A stretch of 64,000 nt of DNA from Bacteroidota bacterium. Its GTDB lineage: Bacteria > Bacteroidota > Bacteroidia > Palsa-965. The position numbers and the translations under genes were made by a program. Every line of letters begins with the position of its first letter. Position 1 is the first letter of the stretch. Location of the stretch: positions 71,949-135,948 of the forward strand of contig JADBYT010000024.1 of assembly GCA_020402865.1 (NCBI GenBank). The letters run 5' to 3'. Positions 58,515-64,000 of this stretch are shown in pieces. The notes beneath the pieces are model-generated. The model did no database searches, had not been told where the DNA came from, and worked only from the letters and a program-made list of their open reading frames with translations.

Positions 58515-60626
58515 ATGAAAAAGTTCCTGCTCTTCGCAGTGCCTTTGTTTGCACTTAGTACTGCGCTTCCGGCTCAGACTCCGGCAGCAATGCCCAATGA
58601 TCCGAATGATCCGATTCTGATGACGATTGGTGGCTCGCCCATCCGCCTTTCAGAATTTATGTATGTATATAAGAAGAACAACAAAGATCAGGGCAATGAT
58701 CCGAAAGCGATAGAGAATTATCTCGACCTTTTTGTGACCTTTAAAATGAAGGTAAAGGAAGCTGAAGACCTGAAACGCGACACGGTGAGCAAGTTCCGCA
58801 CCGAGCTTGCCGGCTACCGCCGTCAGGTGGCCCAGCAGTATCTTACCGATAAACGCGTAAACGACAGTCTGCTACGCGAAGCCTACAACCGTATGCAGTG
58901 GGATGTGCGCGCCAGCCACATTCTTGTAAAACTTCCCGAAAATCCGCTTCCCAAAGACACCATGCTGGCATGGATGCGTGTGAACATTGCCCGCAACATG
59001 GTGCTTGGTAAGCCTGTAACCAAACAAATTGCCGACTACGATCAGCAACTGCGTAAAACCAATGCCGCCTGGCCTAAGCTCACACCGGCTGATACGCTTA
59101 AAATTTTCAATCTGGTAAACCCGCTTCGCCAGCTCGATCGTCGATACAAAGGCAAGGTGGTGCCGTTTGAAGAAGTAGCCCGCCTTATTTCCGAAGATCC
59201 TTCGGCCGCACAAAACAGCGGCGACCTGGGTTATTTCACCGCCTTTTCAATGGTTTATCCCTTCGAAACGGCTGCTTACAACACGCCCGTGGGGCAGATC
59301 AGCACACCGGTTACTACCCGTTTTGGCTATCATATTGTAAAAGTAGTTGACCGCCGCAAGGCGCAGGGCGAAATTCTGGTGGCGCACATTATGGTAAAAG
59401 CCCCCGATGGCATGCCGGCAACCGATTCACTGAACGCCAAGCAAAAAGCCGATGAAATTTACGCTAAAGCCAAAGCCGGTGAAGACTTTACCACATTGGT
59501 AAAACAATTTTCCGACGACAAGGGCTCGGCTGCCAAAAACGGTGAGCTGCCCTGGTTTGGCCTTTACAAAATGCCGCCCAGCTTTGAGAAGGCATCTTTT
59601 GCCCTGCAAAACAACGGTGATATTTCAGAGCCGGTTAAAACGGCCTGGGGCTGGCACATCATCAAACGCATCGACCGTCGCGACGTGCCTGCTTACGAAA
59701 CCATTAAAGGCGAAATCAAAGGCAAGGTAAGCAAAGACCAGCGCGCACTCAGCGGCCGCACGGCGCTCATCGAGCGTGTGAAAAAAGAATATGGCTTTAC
59801 CCAAAACCTCGCTGCCCGCGATGAGTTTTACAAACTGGTTGACAGCACCTACTTCCTCGGGCAGTGGACCGCCGAATCGAAAGCAAAAGGGTATGATAAA
59901 CAGCTCTTTACCATTGGTAAAAAAGTATATACCCAGAAAGAATTTGCGGCCTGGCTCGAAGTACGTCAGGTGCGTCGTGGCGGAAAAGGCGATGTGAAGC
60001 AGGTGGTGGACATGATGTACAACCAGATGGTTGAAGAAATGTGTGTGGCCTACGAAGACAACCAGCTCGAAACCAAATACCCTGATTTCCGCAACCTCAT
60101 GCAGGAATACCGCGACGGCATTCTGTTGTTTGATTTGCAGGATGAAAAAGTATGGTCACGTGCGGTAACCGACTCAACCGGCCTTCGTAATTTCTACGAA
60201 GCCAACAAAAACAACTACCTCTGGCCCGAGCGTGCGGATGCCACCGTGTATTCCTGCGCCGATGAGAAAACCGCCAAAGCTGTGCGTAAAATGCTCAAGA
60301 AGGGTAAATCGGAAAAAGAAATTCTCGAAACCCTCAACAAAAACTCACAGCTTAACGTGCAAACCGAAACCAAACTCTATCACAAAGGGGATAATGCCCT
60401 TGTGGATCAGAACTGGAAAGAAGGCACTTCTGCCAACACCGTGAAAGACGGCCGCGTAATGTTTGTGGTTACCCGCAAGGTTATGCCGCCCACACCCAAG
60501 TCGTTGCAGGAAGCACGTGGTTTGATTACCAACGACTATCAGACACAACTTGAAAAGGAATGGGTAGAGAGCCTGCGCAAAAAGTATCCGGTGGTAATTA
60601 ACCGCGAGGTGCTTCCGCGTAAATAA
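58515..60626 (+). CDS. Peptidyl-prolyl cis-trans isomerase, parvulin (PpiC) type, SurA-like periplasmic chaperone with two PpiC domains
   Basis: Signal peptide 'MKKFLLFAVPLFALSTALPAQ'. Parvulin domains 'SGDLGYFTAFSMVYPFETAAYNTPVGQISTPVTTRFGYHIVKVVDRR' and 'NGELPWFGLYKMPPSFEKASFAL...WGWHIIKRIDRR'. Confidence 0.8.
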   Translation: MKKFLLFAVPLFALSTALPAQTPAAMPNDPNDPILMTIGGSPIRLSEFMYVYKKNNKDQGNDPKAIENYLDLFVTFKMKVKEAEDLKRDTVSKFRTELAGYRRQVAQQYLTDKRVNDSLLREAYNRMQWDVRASHILVKLPENPLPKDTMLAWMRVNIARNMVLGKPVTKQIADYDQQLRKTNAAWPKLTPADTLKIFNLVNPLRQLDRRYKGKVVPFEEVARLISEDPSAAQNSGDLGYFTAFSMVYPFETAAYNTPVGQISTPVTTRFGYHIVKVVDRRKAQGEILVAHIMVKAPDGMPATDSLNAKQKADEIYAKAKAGEDFTTLVKQFSDDKGSAAKNGELPWFGLYKMPPSFEKASFALQNNGDISEPVKTAWGWHIIKRIDRRDVPAYETIKGEIKGKVSKDQRALSGRTALIERVKKEYGFTQNLAARDEFYKLVDSTYFLGQWTAESKAKGYDKQLFTIGKKVYTQKEFAAWLEVRQVRRGGKGDVKQVVDMMYNQMVEEMCVAYEDNQLETKYPDFRNLMQEYRDGILLFDLQDEKVWSRAVTDSTGLRNFYEANKNNYLWPERADATVYSCADEKTAKAVRKMLKKGKSEKEILETLNKNSQLNVQTETKLYHKGDNALVDQNWKEGTSANTVKDGRVMFVVTRKVMPPTPKSLQEARGLITNDYQTQLEKEWVESLRKKYPVVINREVLPRK

Positions 60627-60647
60627 TTTAGCCCGAAAACAGGGCCC

Positions 60648-61568
60648 ATGCAGCCATCGAAAAAAGCATTCAGGCAACGATTCAGCCGTGTACACGTCAT
60701 AATTCAGACAGGTACACGGCTGCTGCCGTTGTGGCTGCTGCTGTTCCTTGCTTCGTGCCGTGAAACTGCCCCTGAAACTTCGGCTCCTTCCGGAACTGTG
60801 GTGGCGCGGGTGTTTGACTACAAACTCTACAGTTCGGAACTTAAAGATGTAATTCCGGCCGGCACGCCTAAAGACGACAGCATACGCATGGCCGGCAGCT
60901 TTATTAATACCTGGGTACGTGAAATGCTGCTGGTGCATAAAGCCGAACAAAACCTCAGCGCCGCTCAGAAAAATGTGGAAAAGCAACTCAAAGCCTACCG
61001 CAATTCGTTAATCATTTATGAATACGAAAAGGCGCTGGTGGAACAACAGCTTGATACATTAGTAAGCGACACCGAAATTGAAAAATACTATAACGAGCAT
61101 CCGGCCGACTTTGCCCTGCGTGATATTATTGTAAAAGTGATTTACGTGAAAACTGATAAGAACGCTCCCAATTTGCCCCGGCTTCGCAACTGGATGCGTT
61201 CGGATAAACCGCAGGATCGGGTGGAGCTGAATTCCTACTGCCGTCAGTTTGCCGAAAACTTTTACCTCAATGATGATTCCTGGCTGTTGTTTGATGACCT
61301 CATCAAGGAAATTCCGATTGAAACCGATAACAAGGAACTGTTTCTCAAAAACAACAAATACCTCGAAGTCAGCGATTCAACCAATTTGTACCTGATTAAC
61401 TTCAAAGGCTACATGGCGCGCGACAGCCGCTCGCCGCTGGCTTTTGAAAAAGAAAACATCCGCAAAATTATCCTCAACCAACGCAAACGTCAGCTCATTG
61501 ACCGTATGCGCGATGATCTGTACCGCGAGGCCACAGACAGCGACGATATTGAGATTTACAACAAATAA
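60648..61568 (+). CDS. Hypothetical lipoprotein (SurA N-terminal-domain-like chaperone candidate)
   Basis: Lipobox 'LLFLASCRE'. Sits between two PPIase genes. No PpiC domain. Confidence 0.45.
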   Translation: MQPSKKAFRQRFSRVHVIIQTGTRLLPLWLLLFLASCRETAPETSAPSGTVVARVFDYKLYSSELKDVIPAGTPKDDSIRMAGSFINTWVREMLLVHKAEQNLSAAQKNVEKQLKAYRNSLIIYEYEKALVEQQLDTLVSDTEIEKYYNEHPADFALRDIIVKVIYVKTDKNAPNLPRLRNWMRSDKPQDRVELNSYCRQFAENFYLNDDSWLLFDDLIKEIPIETDNKELFLKNNKYLEVSDSTNLYLINFKGYMARDSRSPLAFEKENIRKIILNQRKRQLIDRMRDDLYREATDSDDIEIYNK

Positions 61569-61570
61569 TC

Positions 61571-62938
61571 ATGAACCGATTTTTTTTCCTCCTCTTCCTT
61601 CTTCTTTCAACAGGCTCGCTTTTTGCCCAGGATAACGGCGCACGTATTGACCGTGTGGTGGCCGTGGTAGGCGATCAGATTGTGAAAGAGTCGGAAGTGG
61701 AAAATGTGCTGCTGCAGTATGCCCGCGAGGGAGTAACAATAACCGACAGTGTACGCAGCTCGGTGTTGGAGCAACTGCTTTTTCAGAAACTTCTCGTGTC
61801 GCAGGCGCTGCACGACAGTCTTACCGTGTCTGAATCTGAAATTCAGCAGGAAATGGATCTGCGTATGCGCTACTACCTGCAAAGCTTTGGCTCAGTGGAG
61901 GCGTTTGAAAAGTTCTACGGCAAAACGGTTGATGCGTTTAAGTTTGAACTGCACGACAAAGTGCGCGATCTGTTGCTTGCCAAACGTATGCAGCAACAGA
62001 TTACCCAGAACGTAACTGTTTCGCCGGTTGATGTGAAAGACTACTTCAGCAGTCAGCCGCAGGACAGTTTACCATTTATTAGTTCAACGGTTGAGGTGGG
62101 GCAGATTGTGGTTTCACCTCCGGTTAATCCTGAAATTCTCGAATACACCCGCTTGGAAACCGAGAATATCCGCAATAAAGTAATAAAGGGTGAAATTGAT
62201 TTCTGTGCAGCGGCTGCGCTTTACTCACAGGATCCGGGCTCGGCACAGAAATGTGGCACCTACGAAAACATCCGCCGTGGTTCGTTTGTCCCCGAATTCG
62301 AAGCACTCATGTTCACACTCAAGGAAGGCGAAACATCGCCTGTGTTTAAAACCGATTTCGGCTTTCACTTCCTTCAGGTAATTTCCCGCAAGGGCGATGA
62401 AGTTACGGTGCGCCACATCCTGCGCGTTATTCCCACACTTCCCGAAGATCTTCGTAACTGTAAGGTGCGCCTCGATTCCATTATGCGCTTTGTGCGTCTT
62501 GATTCGCTTACCTTCTGCGAAGCAGCCGCCCGCTTTTCTACCGACGATGAATCAAAATACAGTTGCGGACTTATTCTCAATCCGATAACTGGTAACTCTC
62601 GTATTGACGTGGAACTGCTCGGTCAGCTTGATCCTGATCCCAACTTCCCCATTACCGTTAACCAGATGAAAGTGGGGGCTTTTTCAGCACCGATGCTCAC
62701 ACTCACCCGCCAGTCGAAAGAAGCATACCGTGTGCTCTGGCTCAAATCGCGCTCCGAGCCGCACCGAGCCAATCTCAAAGATGATTACCAGATGATTCAG
62801 GATCTCACCCTGCAAAAGAAACAGGATGAAGCGCTCAACAAATGGGTCGATAAAAAACTGGCGACTACTTATATTCGCATTTCCCCCGATTACAGAAATA
62901 CCAGTTTCCGCTTTTCATGGCTGAAACACGCACAGTAA
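61571..62938 (+). CDS. SurA-like peptidyl-prolyl isomerase/chaperone (PpiC parvulin domain)
   Basis: Signal peptide 'MNRFFFLLFLLLSTGSLFAQ'. Parvulin 'AAAALYSQDPGSAQKCGTYENIRRGSFVPEFEALMFTLKEGETSPVFKTDFGFHFLQVISRKGD'. Confidence 0.8.
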   Translation: MNRFFFLLFLLLSTGSLFAQDNGARIDRVVAVVGDQIVKESEVENVLLQYAREGVTITDSVRSSVLEQLLFQKLLVSQALHDSLTVSESEIQQEMDLRMRYYLQSFGSVEAFEKFYGKTVDAFKFELHDKVRDLLLAKRMQQQITQNVTVSPVDVKDYFSSQPQDSLPFISSTVEVGQIVVSPPVNPEILEYTRLETENIRNKVIKGEIDFCAAAALYSQDPGSAQKCGTYENIRRGSFVPEFEALMFTLKEGETSPVFKTDFGFHFLQVISRKGDEVTVRHILRVIPTLPEDLRNCKVRLDSIMRFVRLDSLTFCEAAARFSTDDESKYSCGLILNPITGNSRIDVELLGQLDPDPNFPITVNQMKVGAFSAPMLTLTRQSKEAYRVLWLKSRSEPHRANLKDDYQMIQDLTLQKKQDEALNKWVDKKLATTYIRISPDYRNTSFRFSWLKHAQ

Positions 62939-62970
62939 CCGGTAAATTTCATACACACACAAGCACACTT

Positions 62971-63936
62971 ATGATCGAGTTTAAGTCAGACGTAGAAGCA
63001 GTTGATTATTTCCGTGAACGCTACAACCGCCTCACTACCGAAATCCGCAAGGTAATTGTAGGGCAGGAGGATGTGGTGCGCGATGTGCTTATCTCTATAT
63101 TCAGCAACGGACACTGTTTGCTTGTAGGCGTTCCCGGACTTGCCAAAACGCTGCTTGTAAACACCATTGCACAATCGCTTGGTCTTAGTTACAACCGCAT
63201 TCAGTTTACGCCTGATCTTATGCCGGGCGATATTATCGGTTCGGAAATTCTCGACGAGAACCGCCAATTCCGCTTCATCAAAGGGCCGCTGTTTGCCAAT
63301 ATTATTCTGGCCGACGAAATTAACCGTACGCCGCCAAAAACGCAGTCGGCCCTGCTCGAAGCCATGCAGGAACGTGCAGTAACAGCTGCCGGCAAACGCT
63401 ACGAACTTGATAAGCCGTTTTTCGTACTTGCCACACAAAATCCTATTGAACAGGAAGGTACGTATCCGCTGCCCGAAGCGCAGCTCGACCGTTTTATGTT
63501 TAACGTGTGGCTCGATTATCCAAATCTGAACGACGAAATCCAGGTTGTACGTCAAACAACCGCTGGCACCACACCCGAACTGAACAAGGTACTCAGCATC
63601 GAAGAAATAAGCTACCTGCAACAGCTTGTGCGCCGTGTACCTGTGCCCGACAATGTGCTTGAATATGCCGTGAAACTGGCCGCTTCCACACGACCAAACA
63701 CCGCCACCGCCGCTGCCGAAGTAAACCGCCTGCTCTCCTGGGGCGCCGGTCCGCGTGCTTCACAGTACCTGATCATCGGTGCCAAGTGCCACGCTGTGGT
63801 TAACGGAAAATACTCGCCCGATATTGAAGATGTACGCGCAGTGGCTGCCCCCATTCTCCGCCACCGCATTGTGCGCAACTACAAGGCCGAAGCCGAAGGT
63901 GTGAAAGTGGACGATATCATCAAGTCGCTGCTATAA
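62971..63936 (+). CDS. MoxR-family AAA+ ATPase
   Basis: '[33 protein letters not shown]' (Walker A), '[24 protein letters not shown]' (Walker B / sensor). ATG 62971; the track ORF extends to 62917. Confidence 0.88.
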   Translation: [321 protein letters not shown]

Positions 63937-64000
63937 CCGGCTCACTGTTTTGCCTTGCAGCTCGGCCTGCAGCCAGTTTTCAAACACAAAGCTCTGAAGG

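Noticed and set aside
1-64000. Search for tRNA, rRNA, CRISPR arrays, IS elements and integrases
   Set aside because: No intergenic region longer than about 320 bp. No cloverleaf-like sequence with a GTTC T-loop context was seen in any of them, and no direct-repeat arrays or transposase/integrase motifs were found in any ORF. Only inverted-repeat terminators were found.

Overview
This 64 kb window is a chromosomal segment of a Bacteroidetes-type genome, about 50-58% GC in core genes. The phylum is supported by three proteins with T9SS C-terminal sorting domains, a TAnnTTTG -7 promoter motif upstream of rpmH, tandem DUF4328 paralogs, and a SurA-like PPIase block leading into a MoxR ATPase. Coding density is about 90%. 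Most genes are housekeeping: carB, the leuA-leuC-leuD-leuB operon, rsmG, rpmH, recQ, alkB, murQ, ppa, pbpC, a fused E1 alpha/beta 2-oxoacid dehydrogenase, a DEAD-box helicase, an ABC exporter, two ECF sigma factors and glycosyltransferases. No rRNA, tRNA, CRISPR array, transposase or integrase could be recognised by eye. Several accessory patches stand out and are treated as findings: (1) a low-GC two-gene insert (49-aa plus 161-aa proteins) beside rpmH; (2) a 1754-aa periplasmic beta-propeller sensor ending in a PP2C/SpoIIE phosphatase with no kinase; (3) a four-gene outer-membrane operon with two small c-type-cytochrome-like lipoproteins, one carrying a CX4CH motif; (4) a low-GC island of a T9SS cargo gene, an OmpA-like gene and a translationally coupled 188-aa gene; (5) an ECF sigma / anti-sigma-like / secreted-protein triad. 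All function calls rest on motif recognition in the translations, since no searches could be run, and start codons are often uncertain because the ORF track uses alternative starts.
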